Below are positions 18,965-26,629 of a stretch of DNA of 64,000 bases, in pieces (positions within the stretch are counted from its first letter, which is position 1; each line of letters begins with the position of its first letter). The DNA lies in the NCBI GenBank assembly GCA_030600545.1, contig JAUVLV010000002.1, forward strand, positions 241 through 64,240. The letters run 5' to 3'. A program made the translations under genes and the position numbers. Origin of the DNA: Candidatus Aegiribacteria sp. (GTDB lineage Bacteria; Fermentibacterota; Fermentibacteria; Fermentibacterales; JCC-6). The notes below the pieces were generated by a model. That model did no database searches. It worked only from the letters and a program-made list of their open reading frames with translations, and was not told the DNA's origin.

Positions 18965-19969
18965 CTAATCAATATCATCAAGGGTTACTGACCATTCGTA
19001 GCCGTTCTCGTCAACATCGATTCCCCAGAGGGTGTAAGTATCGTCGTCTTCGTCCTGAACCTTTATATCATAGGATCCGGGGTCTACCCAGACTGTGATC
19101 TCACTTGAGCCTTCAAGGATGTCAGCTCCAAGGCGGTCTTCGCCCCAGGGAGAATCCGAAGGGTCTACGTAAACGTAGAGTATGTCCCAGCCGCCGAGAT
19201 TGTTGCTGATAGTGATCGGTGCGGTTCCTTCGCCTGTTTCGAGAGAAACGGCTTCCAACATTTCTATATCTTCGGGGGAATCCATATCGTCGAGGGTTAC
19301 ATTCCACTCGTAACCGGCTTCATCCACTTCGACTTCCCAGAGGGTATATGTGTCGCCGTCTTCATCCTCGACCTTGATGTCATAGGTTCCGGGGTCTACC
19401 CAGACAATGATCTGATCATCCTGGTAGAGAACATCCATACCCATAAGATCATCGCCCCAGGGTTCGTCGGTGGGATCAACGTATAACCAGAAAATGTCCC
19501 ATCCCTGCAGGTCGTTGATGATGGCGATCGGTGTGGTTCCTTCACCTGTTTCGAGAATCCGGGGTTCTGTGAATTCATCTTCACCCCATCCGCTGTCCAG
19601 GTCGTCGAGTGTAACGTTCCACTGGTAACCTTCGGGTCCTATCTCAATTTCCCAGAGTGTGTAAGTGTCACCGTCTTCATCGGTCACCATTATGTCCCAT
19701 GTGCCTTCTTCTACATCAACTGTAAAGGATTCGCCGATACTAAGGATCTCTTCTTCTCCGAGGAGATCATCGCTCCATGGTTCCTCGGACGGGTCTATGA
19801 ATATAGAATAGATTTCCCATGCTTCGAGTCCGTTCGTAATGGTAACTTCAACCGTTGCTACTTCTTCAGTGTCATCTGCAGGAGCTGGAGTTGCTTCATC
19901 CGCCTGTTCTCCGCATGCAGCGAACAAAGCAATAGTAAGCACACTCAGAAGTAATGCAAGTTTCTTCAT
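18965..19969 (-). CDS. Acidic lipoprotein built from three ~105-aa tandem repeats
   Basis: The lipobox is LFAAC at Cys19. Three repeats carry conserved W-(D/E)-I, DP(S/T)(D/E)xPW, DEDGDTYTLW, GY(E/Q)W(N/S)VTLDD. I recognise no family. Confidence 0.7.
   Translation of the reverse strand: MKKLALLLSVLTIALFAACGEQADEATPAPADDTEEVATVEVTITNGLEAWEIYSIFIDPSEEPWSDDLLGEEEILSIGESFTVDVEEGTWDIMVTDEDGDTYTLWEIEIGPEGYQWNVTLDDLDSGWGEDEFTEPRILETGEGTTPIAIINDLQGWDIFWLYVDPTDEPWGDDLMGMDVLYQDDQIIVWVDPGTYDIKVEDEDGDTYTLWEVEVDEAGYEWNVTLDDMDSPEDIEMLEAVSLETGEGTAPITISNNLGGWDILYVYVDPSDSPWGEDRLGADILEGSSEITVWVDPGSYDIKVQDEDDDTYTLWGIDVDENGYEWSVTLDDID
18968..19855 (-). repeat. Three in-frame tandem coding repeats (about 312-318 nt each; the last is shorter)
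   Basis: The anchor tryptophans W51, W157 and W261 give periods of 106 and 104 aa. The repeat blocks lie at about 19855-19538, 19537-19226 and 19225-18968. Confidence 0.7.
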
Positions 19970-20055
19970 TTATTTCCCTCTCTCCATGTTTTCCGGTTTT
20001 CCGAACCGGCACGGTTTAATATCTACTTATATCGGAATTATTCGACACCAGTCGA

Positions 20056-20511
20056 CTACCGAACATATGAACCCATGAGGGCAATATCAAGGTTGTTTCT
20101 GAATATGTCTGTAAGATCCAATCTCCAGCAATCCCCCTCCAGAATCATTGGAAACTTATGTGATTTGCCTGATGTAAGAGTGATTTCCGCCCTGTCACCC
20201 TCAATGAAAATCATAGTTACATTTCCATTGAAGTCAATGTATTCTTCGCACAGTATCGGAAGCAAATCAGTTCCTGACCTGTAAACCTGCAGTCCCCTGC
20301 TGGAAAGATCTGCAGCCAGTGAATCAAGAAAGAGCATTGTGGAGGAACTCATCGAAGATGCAGCGGGTTCCCAATCGTTCTCATTGATGTATCCAGCAGA
20401 CTCGTTGTATGTGTCCAGGATTTTTTGCTGCTTTGCTGACCAGGAGCATGACATCATGCTTAAAAACATTACTGAAAGCATCGCACGGACCGCAAAGCGA
20501 AACTTTGACAT
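20056..20511 (-). CDS. Hypothetical lipoprotein
   Basis: The N-terminus MSKFRFAVRAMLSVMFLSMMSCS is lipobox-like. GGAGGAAAA lies upstream of the ATG. The C-terminus GDRAEITLTSGKSHKFPMILEGDCWRLDL resembles small NTF2-like lipoproteins. Confidence 0.55.
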   Translation of the reverse strand: MSKFRFAVRAMLSVMFLSMMSCSWSAKQQKILDTYNESAGYINENDWEPAASSMSSSTMLFLDSLAADLSSRGLQVYRSGTDLLPILCEEYIDFNGNVTMIFIEGDRAEITLTSGKSHKFPMILEGDCWRLDLTDIFRNNLDIALMGSYVR

Positions 20512-20577
20512 GATTTTCCTCCATTTATACCATTTTCAACATAGTCTGCTTATTTCCAGTGCCCTCGTCAATGATCG

Positions 20578-20620
20578 GACAATGGGTATATGTATCGCTG
20601 CAGCAGAGTATTTGTGATAG
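20578..20620 (+). repeat. Intergenic element, copy A, carrying an 11-codon mini-ORF (MGICIAAAEYL, 20582-20617)
   Basis: It aligns with copy B over about 43 nt with few mismatches. The TGA falls at the same relative position in both. Confidence 0.7.
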
Positions 20621-20664
20621 TTCCGGTTGGTGCTTCCATTTATTCAATATCCTGTTATTATTCA

Positions 20665-20689
20665 TTAATGCGTATCCATCACAAGCGCT
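20665..20689 (-). repeat. Intergenic element, inverted partial copy C
   Basis: The reverse complement AGCGCTTGTGATGGATACGCATTAA matches the 3' part of copy B (AAGTGTTCGTGATGGATACGGATTAA), including 12 consecutive identical nt. Confidence 0.65.
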
Positions 20690-20796
20690 TGTAACAAAGC
20701 ATTGCAGATGGTTGTGAATACAAGGCATACGAAAGCAGACTCCGGAGACGTACTTGAATGGTACGTCGAGGACGGATACATGAGTATAACGAGGTA

Positions 20797-20849
20797 GACA
20801 TGGGTATTTGTATCGCTGCAGTAAAGTGTTCGTGATGGATACGGATTAA
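20797..20849 (+). repeat. Intergenic element, copy B, carrying an 11-codon mini-ORF (MGICIAAVKCS, 20800-20835)
   Basis: GAGG lies 5 nt upstream of the ATG. The mini-ORF ends 32 nt before the GTG start of the GGDEF gene. Confidence 0.7.
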
Positions 20850-20867
20850 ACCATGGGAGGTTTGTAG

Positions 20868-21755
20868 GTGCTATCCATGAACCGTAGTAATTCGCAGCTG
20901 GAGTTTCCCTGGACCGGGGAACTTGACTCAGTAACAGGAATACCTCCGAGAAAGGCTTTGGACATCAGTCTGCCCCTGCTGCTTCGGATCATGGGGGAGG
21001 AAGAACTGCCACTTTCGGCAATAATGATCGACATAGATCATTTCAAGAATTTCAATGACAAATGGGGTCACGATACCGGAGACAAAGTTCTAAGGCATGT
21101 CAGTACCATCATTCGCGAATCTGTAAAGTATCGTGGAGAGGTTTACAGGTATGGAGGAGAGGAGATCACCATTCTTCTTCCGAATACACTTTCGGACGAA
21201 GCTTCTCAGACGGCTGAACGGATTCGACAGAGCGTTTACGCTTCCCCCCTGAAAAGGCAATCCAAAGCAGAGGATGAATCTTCACTGATTCCCCTATCTG
21301 TGAGCATTTCGCTGGGCGTAAGTACTTTTCCCTCAGTTGATGGCAGCGAGCTGCTTGTCGCTGCCGATCAAGCCCTCTACGATGCAAAGAGGAGGGGCAG
21401 AAACACGATAGCCGTGTTTAACTCATGTAAGAAGAATGAGAGTTCACCGGTTGTAGTCGATGTCCGGTTTCCAGCTGCTTCTTCCATCAGCGAGGGCAAC
21501 TATGTGATCCTTACGCGTTGGTTCAGGCACAGGGGCGAGCTTACAGAGATTGAAGCCCGGGAAATATCCGTTCCCGGCAGGGGTCTCAGGGAATTCGCCG
21601 AGGGTCCTATGCCTCCGGGAGGAGCTGTTACAGCTGAGATAAGAGGCCGCGTTACTGCTGTTGAGAGGCGCGGTAAGTCGACATTTTTCAGTTTTGAGGT
21701 TGAAGCCGAAGTTCTTGACCTCATGTACCATCATCTGAAAGATCACGGTTCATGA
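20868..21755 (+). CDS. Diguanylate cyclase (GGDEF domain) with an uncharacterised beta-rich C-terminal ~100 aa
   Basis: The GGDEF-domain motifs are DIDHFKNFNDKWGHDTGDKVL, YRYGGEEITILL (GGEEx active-site variant) and ALYDAKRRGRN. It starts at GTG, 7 nt after GGGAGG. There is no N-terminal sensor domain. Confidence 0.8.
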   Translation: MLSMNRSNSQLEFPWTGELDSVTGIPPRKALDISLPLLLRIMGEEELPLSAIMIDIDHFKNFNDKWGHDTGDKVLRHVSTIIRESVKYRGEVYRYGGEEITILLPNTLSDEASQTAERIRQSVYASPLKRQSKAEDESSLIPLSVSISLGVSTFPSVDGSELLVAADQALYDAKRRGRNTIAVFNSCKKNESSPVVVDVRFPAASSISEGNYVILTRWFRHRGELTEIEAREISVPGRGLREFAEGPMPPGGAVTAEIRGRVTAVERRGKSTFFSFEVEAEVLDLMYHHLKDHGS

Positions 21756-23224
21756 AATCTATTCTCTGCGGAGGTATCTGGACCGGTCCTGGAGACAGAA
21801 TACTTTCTCAATCGAGAATAATCATTTCAGGTGATAGGATCACCGGGATATCTCCTGCTTCCAATGTGAATTCCCGGTTGTTTGTTATACCGGGTTTTGT
21901 AGATGCTCATTGTCATTTACTCTGGAGCGGGCTTGAAAGCCTGTTCATTGATCTTGGGAAAGCTGTTTCCGCATCGGATCTTCTTGACGTGGTTTCCTCT
22001 GAGATAAATTTGGAAAGAACGGGGCATATCGTAAGAGGATACGGATTCGATGAAAGCACATGGAATGATCCTGTTCTTCCCTCACTGAAGGAACTCGACA
22101 GAGCAACTGGAAGCCGCCCGGCATTTCTCAGAAGAGTCTGTGGACATGAAGCCCTTGTAAACTCAGCCATGCTGGAAATGCTTCCCCGGGAATCCCCCGG
22201 TGTTAACTATTCAACAGGCGTCATCAGAGAAGGGGTTATTTTCGATTTTGAAAGACTGTTCCCACCTGAACCTGGCCTTCTGGACAGGGCGTGCTCACTG
22301 GCTGTTGAACTTGCCTATTCCGGAGGAGTTACTGCGGTACATACCTTTGAGTCCTTCGTTACTGCTGAAATACTGTTGAAAAAAAGACTGCCCCTGAGAA
22401 TGTCCATCAGTCTTTTTGGAAAAGACGCAGGTTTTCTCAAAGAACCACCGGAGGGACTTGAAGAAGTACTTCCCGGTATTGATGGATTGAAATTTTTTCT
22501 TGACGGATCACTGGGAGCATCTACTGCAGCTGTTTCGGGAAGCTATTCGAACGGGATGATTGCTGAGCCTTTACTCTCCGATAAGCAGGTTATGCTCAGC
22601 CTCGAGCTTGCAGACAGCCTTTGCCTCATACCTGCTTACCATGCGATAGGGGGCAGGGCATTGGCGCAGATTGACCGGGTAAGCCATGAATTTCTTAAGA
22701 AGCGTACTGGCGAAGATGCTGTTTTAATAAGAATAGAGCATGCTGAAGAACTTACAACCGACTGGCCCGGAAAATGGAACCCTTCGAGTCACTCATTTGT
22801 CATGCAGCCTAATTTTGTAAGCAGATGGCAGATGCCCGGAGGATTGTACGAAAGCAAACTCGGAAAGGACAGGGCCATGGCCATGAATCCTTTCGGTCTG
22901 GTGAAAGATGCGGGTTTTCCAATGGGTTTCAGCAGTGACGGTATGCCCTTTGGTCCTCTCAGGGGGCTTGATGGTGCAACAGGTCATCCACTTGAGAAAT
23001 TCAGAATTGATACCGCCTCAGCTCTTAATGCATATACACTGGAGGCTGCATCCATTTGTGGTTTTCAGGATCTTGCTGAACATCTTTCACCCGGCAGAAA
23101 GGCAGACATTACGGTACTGTCAGCCGACCCCTTTAAAGTGCCCTGGGATAAGATTGAAGTAGTAGCAACCATCTGCGACGGTAAAGTTGTATATGGACAG
23201 GAAGCACTCCTGGAGGAAACCTGA
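21752..23224 (+). CDS. Metal-dependent amidohydrolase (YtcJ-like, amidohydrolase 3 family)
   Basis: The metal-binding motif is PGFVDAHCHLLWSG. Length is 490 aa. It overlaps the upstream gene by 4 nt. Confidence 0.75.
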   Translation: MKSILCGGIWTGPGDRILSQSRIIISGDRITGISPASNVNSRLFVIPGFVDAHCHLLWSGLESLFIDLGKAVSASDLLDVVSSEINLERTGHIVRGYGFDESTWNDPVLPSLKELDRATGSRPAFLRRVCGHEALVNSAMLEMLPRESPGVNYSTGVIREGVIFDFERLFPPEPGLLDRACSLAVELAYSGGVTAVHTFESFVTAEILLKKRLPLRMSISLFGKDAGFLKEPPEGLEEVLPGIDGLKFFLDGSLGASTAAVSGSYSNGMIAEPLLSDKQVMLSLELADSLCLIPAYHAIGGRALAQIDRVSHEFLKKRTGEDAVLIRIEHAEELTTDWPGKWNPSSHSFVMQPNFVSRWQMPGGLYESKLGKDRAMAMNPFGLVKDAGFPMGFSSDGMPFGPLRGLDGATGHPLEKFRIDTASALNAYTLEAASICGFQDLAEHLSPGRKADITVLSADPFKVPWDKIEVVATICDGKVVYGQEALLEET

Positions 23225-24102
23225 TGGAAACAATTGACTGGTCTGATCATGTATCGGTTGGAAGATTCATTGTGAGTAATGCCCTTGCTGAAGACAGGGT
23301 AAAGGATGACGTTACAACCTCATCCCTTGGAGTACCAGCTGACGATGTAAGTACCTGTGCTGTTTCGGCAAGGGAGGAGCTCATTGCAGCAGGATGGTTT
23401 CTTGTTGAGCAGGTGTACTCCGAACTTTCCGTTTTGTTGGGGATGAGTGTTCCACGGATTCAGAATATCATCCCTGATGGTTCAAGAGCACTTACCGGGG
23501 ATACAATCGGTCGTTTGTACGGCTCCGCTGATCTGCTTCTGAGAGGGGAAAGGGTGGCTCTGAACCTCCTCTGCCGCCTCTCAGGGATTGCGACGCTCAC
23601 AGCGGAATACGTTGAAGCCGTTAAGGGAACAGGGGTTGAAATTCTGGACACGAGAAAGACCGTTCCCTGTCTTCGAGCCCTTGAAAAATATGCTGTAAGG
23701 GCCGGTGGAGGTGTGAATCACCGTTTCAACCTTGCCGAGCTCGCCATAGTGAAGGACAATCATATAGCAGTTGCCGGTGGGGCGGGAGAACTGCACAGCG
23801 TAATCCTCCGTATAAGGGAGAAGGGCATCCCGATTGAAATAGAGGTTGATTCCGTAGATCAGCTGAGAAAAGTACTTGATGAGAAACCCGAGAGAATACT
23901 GCTTGATAATATGGAACCTGCAATATTGGTAAAGGCTGTACGAGCAGCTTCTGGCAGCGGCATCTATCTGGAAGCTTCCGGGGGAATTACACTGGAGAAT
24001 ATCAGGGAGGTTGCCGGCAGCGGAGTTGACGGGATATCTTCGGGTGCCCTTACGCATTCAGCTGCATCGGCGGATATCGGGTTCGACTGGAGGATGAAAT
24101 GA
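23224..24102 (+). CDS. nadC: Nicotinate-nucleotide pyrophosphorylase (quinolinate phosphoribosyltransferase)
   Basis: The motifs are ILDTRKTVPCLRALEKYAVRAGGGVNHRFNL and ILLDNM ... EASGGI. Confidence 0.85.
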   Translation: METIDWSDHVSVGRFIVSNALAEDRVKDDVTTSSLGVPADDVSTCAVSAREELIAAGWFLVEQVYSELSVLLGMSVPRIQNIIPDGSRALTGDTIGRLYGSADLLLRGERVALNLLCRLSGIATLTAEYVEAVKGTGVEILDTRKTVPCLRALEKYAVRAGGGVNHRFNLAELAIVKDNHIAVAGGAGELHSVILRIREKGIPIEIEVDSVDQLRKVLDEKPERILLDNMEPAILVKAVRAASGSGIYLEASGGITLENIREVAGSGVDGISSGALTHSAASADIGFDWRMK

Positions 24103-24860
24103 GAAGACTGGTACTTGATATAGGTAATACGAAAACCTCAGTAGGGATATTCGATAATGGAAAGCTTGATCTTCAATGGAGAATTACCACCAGTCACTGG
24201 ACTGCAGACGACCTGTGGGTTATCCTGAGATCGCTTCTGAAGACAGACGATTACGATCTCCCTGAAGGGGTTGCCTACGCATGCGTCGTTCCGCAGGTAC
24301 GCCATTCTCTACTGAATCTTTCCAGAAGGTACATAAATGTGAATCCGGTCGAAGTAACGGTAGAAACGGCTGGAATAGCGATTGATTACGAATTCCCTCA
24401 AGAGTTGGGAGCAGACCGGCTGGCGAATGCGGCAGGCGCACTCAAGCTTGGCTCATTTCCAGCTATTGTTGTGGATTTCGGAACGGCAACAACTTTTGAT
24501 GTTATCAACAGCAAAGGAGCTTACGCCGGCGGCGCCATAGCTCCCGGTGTAGGCACAGCCGCGGGAGAACTGTTCAAGAAGGCGGAGAAGCTCAACCCCG
24601 TGGATCTTGAGTTTCCGGTTTCCCCACTTGGCGGGAGTACGGTAGAAGCCGTCTGCTCAGGTGTTCTCCTTGGTGCTGTAGGAGCGGCTGATTACATTAT
24701 TGATGAACTTTTAAAGGTAATTGATGGCGATCCCTGGATCTGGGCAACGGGAGGCTGGGCACCTGGTATTGCCGGGAAGTGCAGAAACCGGATGAAGGTC
24801 TGCCCTGAACTTACACTTGTGGGAATAGACTGTATTGGAGAAAGGTATTCCAATGAATGA
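24099..24860 (+). CDS. coaX: Type III pantothenate kinase
   Basis: The N-terminus LVLDIGNTKTSVGIF and the motif VVDFGTATTFD place it in the ASKHA fold, CoaX pattern. Confidence 0.85.
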   Translation: MRRLVLDIGNTKTSVGIFDNGKLDLQWRITTSHWTADDLWVILRSLLKTDDYDLPEGVAYACVVPQVRHSLLNLSRRYINVNPVEVTVETAGIAIDYEFPQELGADRLANAAGALKLGSFPAIVVDFGTATTFDVINSKGAYAGGAIAPGVGTAAGELFKKAEKLNPVDLEFPVSPLGGSTVEAVCSGVLLGAVGAADYIIDELLKVIDGDPWIWATGGWAPGIAGKCRNRMKVCPELTLVGIDCIGERYSNE

Positions 24861-25401
24861 TAATCGAATACTGCTGGGAATCACCGGCAGCGCGGCAGCC
24901 TTCAAGGGAGTTATGCTTGCATCCCTCTTAAGAAAAGAAGGGTATGAAGTAGACGGTATACTAACTCAGGCCGCCCTGCAGTTCATCTCTGAAACTCAGT
25001 TGGCCTGCGTAACGGGAAGACCTGTTTACAGCTCGCTGTTTACAAAGCAGCCCGGAGACCCTGTTCCACATATCACACTGACAGATAGCATTGATCTTTT
25101 CGTTATCGTACCAGCCACTGCTGATTTTATTGGAAAAACCGCTAATGGACTGGCAGACGACCTTCTGTCTTCCGCTTTTATAGCCTGTGATGCTCCAGTT
25201 GTCATGGCACCTTCAATGAACACCAGGATGTGGAACAACAGTGCTGTCGCTGCCAATATCAAGATACTTGAGACCCGCGGTGTCATATTCGCTGGACCTG
25301 TCAGCGGGCCGCTTGCATGCGGCACGGAAGGCAGGGGCAGACTGATGGAACCCCAGAATATCCTTGAAATATGTTTGGACGTTATTTTTGGGGAAGACTG
25401 A
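24835..25401 (+). CDS. coaC: HFCD-family flavoprotein, stand-alone phosphopantothenoylcysteine decarboxylase-like (CoaC)
   Basis: The motifs are ILLGITGSAAAFKGVMLASLLRKEGYEV and PAMNTRMW-like (APSMNTRMWNN). At 188 aa it has no CoaB ligase domain, and the next gene starts 2 nt after its stop. Confidence 0.7.
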   Translation: MEKGIPMNDNRILLGITGSAAAFKGVMLASLLRKEGYEVDGILTQAALQFISETQLACVTGRPVYSSLFTKQPGDPVPHITLTDSIDLFVIVPATADFIGKTANGLADDLLSSAFIACDAPVVMAPSMNTRMWNNSAVAANIKILETRGVIFAGPVSGPLACGTEGRGRLMEPQNILEICLDVIFGED

Positions 25402-25402
25402 T

Positions 25403-26437
25403 ATGGTTCCTCTGCCAACATTGCAATGGATGGACGGTTTCCTGCGGCTGCTGGATCAGAGAAAACTTCCCTCCGAGGAAACTTACATTGACTGCAAAGA
25501 TATAGATACGCTGGCGGATGCAATCAAGTCCCTTGCTGTCAGAGGAGCACCCGCAATTGGAATTGCTGCGGCATTTGGTGCTGTAATTGCCGCTATAACC
25601 TCCGATCCCGGCAGAGCATTTGAAGCTGACTTCCATTCGAAACTTGATATACTCGAAGGAACAAGACCTACGGCGGTTAACCTGTTTAATTGTCTTGAAA
25701 TTCAAAGGGATGTTTTCCGCATGAGTTCGGTAAGGGAAAACGCTGTTCGAGACCTCCTGAAATCCGCTCGTGACATGGTGCGGGATGATCTTGAAGCCAG
25801 CAGACGGATGGGCCGTTTCGGGGCCGATCTGCTGAAAAAAGGTTCGACAGTTTTAACGCACTGCAATGCAGGCGGACTGGCAACAGCAGGTCTCGGGACC
25901 GCTCTGGCTGTGATATATGAGGCGTGGGATCGCGGCCTTATTAAAAAAGTGTACGCCGATGAGACCCGCCCCCTCCTTCAGGGCGCAAGGCTGACATCAT
26001 GGGAGCTTTCCAGAGCGGGTATCCCGGTTGATGTTCTTCCCGATTCCGCAGCGGCTTCGCTTCTAAGAAAAGGTGAGATCGATGCGATTATAGTTGGCAG
26101 TGACAGAATAGCCGTCAACGGAGATGCCGCTAACAAGATTGGCACCTATCCACTGGCGCTGGCAGCGTCAGCACATTGCGTTCCCTTTTACGTTGTTGCG
26201 CCGCTCTCCACTTTTGATTTTTCGACTGAATGTGGAAGTGAGATAGAAATAGAACAGAGGGACAGGAATGAACTGGCCACCCTTGGAGGCAGGAAGCTTC
26301 TTCCAGAAGGCGTGGGGGTATGGAACCCGGCATTTGATGTTACCCCGGCATTGCTTATAACTGCTATAATCTGTGAGAAAGGTGTGTTGTTTTCTCCGGA
26401 TGATGAAAAAGTGCTGTCAGTAGCAGGGAAATCATGA
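25403..26437 (+). CDS. mtnA: S-methyl-5-thioribose-1-phosphate isomerase (eIF-2B alpha/beta/delta family)
   Basis: The N-terminus is LQWMDGFLRLLDQRKLP, with VRGAPAIGIAAAFG and CNAGGLATAG motifs. I take the ATG at 25403 as the start; the ORF-track start at 25364 lies inside coaC. Confidence 0.8.
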   Translation: MVPLPTLQWMDGFLRLLDQRKLPSEETYIDCKDIDTLADAIKSLAVRGAPAIGIAAAFGAVIAAITSDPGRAFEADFHSKLDILEGTRPTAVNLFNCLEIQRDVFRMSSVRENAVRDLLKSARDMVRDDLEASRRMGRFGADLLKKGSTVLTHCNAGGLATAGLGTALAVIYEAWDRGLIKKVYADETRPLLQGARLTSWELSRAGIPVDVLPDSAAASLLRKGEIDAIIVGSDRIAVNGDAANKIGTYPLALAASAHCVPFYVVAPLSTFDFSTECGSEIEIEQRDRNELATLGGRKLLPEGVGVWNPAFDVTPALLITAIICEKGVLFSPDDEKVLSVAGKS

Positions 26438-26629
26438 AACAGAGTTTATTTATTTATTTGCTTTTACTGTTAAAGAGTTGACATTTTCTCGATTGCAGCG
26501 TACTGTTAACCTGACTTTTTTTGGAGGTTGGAATTTGGTTCGACTTCAACTATTTTACGATGTATTAGATTTTTTTACTCAGGCAGTACTGTCTATGAAA
26601 GCAAGGCTGTATATGTTTAAGGAGGGATT

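Noticed and set aside
20525-20728. A 67-aa Cys/His-rich minus-strand ORF (MPCIHNHLQCF...) spanning repeat copies A and C.
   Set aside because: It has no SD and no recognisable family. Its reading frame is created by the repeated element itself. I cannot exclude a real small protein, but I treat the repeats rather than this ORF as the primary signal.
20512-20867. A c-di-GMP riboswitch upstream of the GGDEF gene.
   Set aside because: I could not find the conserved GEMM-type elements (paired helices with GNRA tetraloop/receptor and ACGCACAGGGCAAACC-like cores). The region is better described by the repeats and mini-ORFs.
26438-26629. A possible tRNA or heat-shock operator upstream of dnaK (GGTTCGA at 26537-26543, T-rich tracts).
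   Set aside because: No cloverleaf can be drawn around the GGTTCGA. No CIRCE (TTAGCACTC-N9-GAGTGCTAA) or sigma-32-type consensus is present. Only a weak TTGACA-N17-TACTGT promoter candidate remains.
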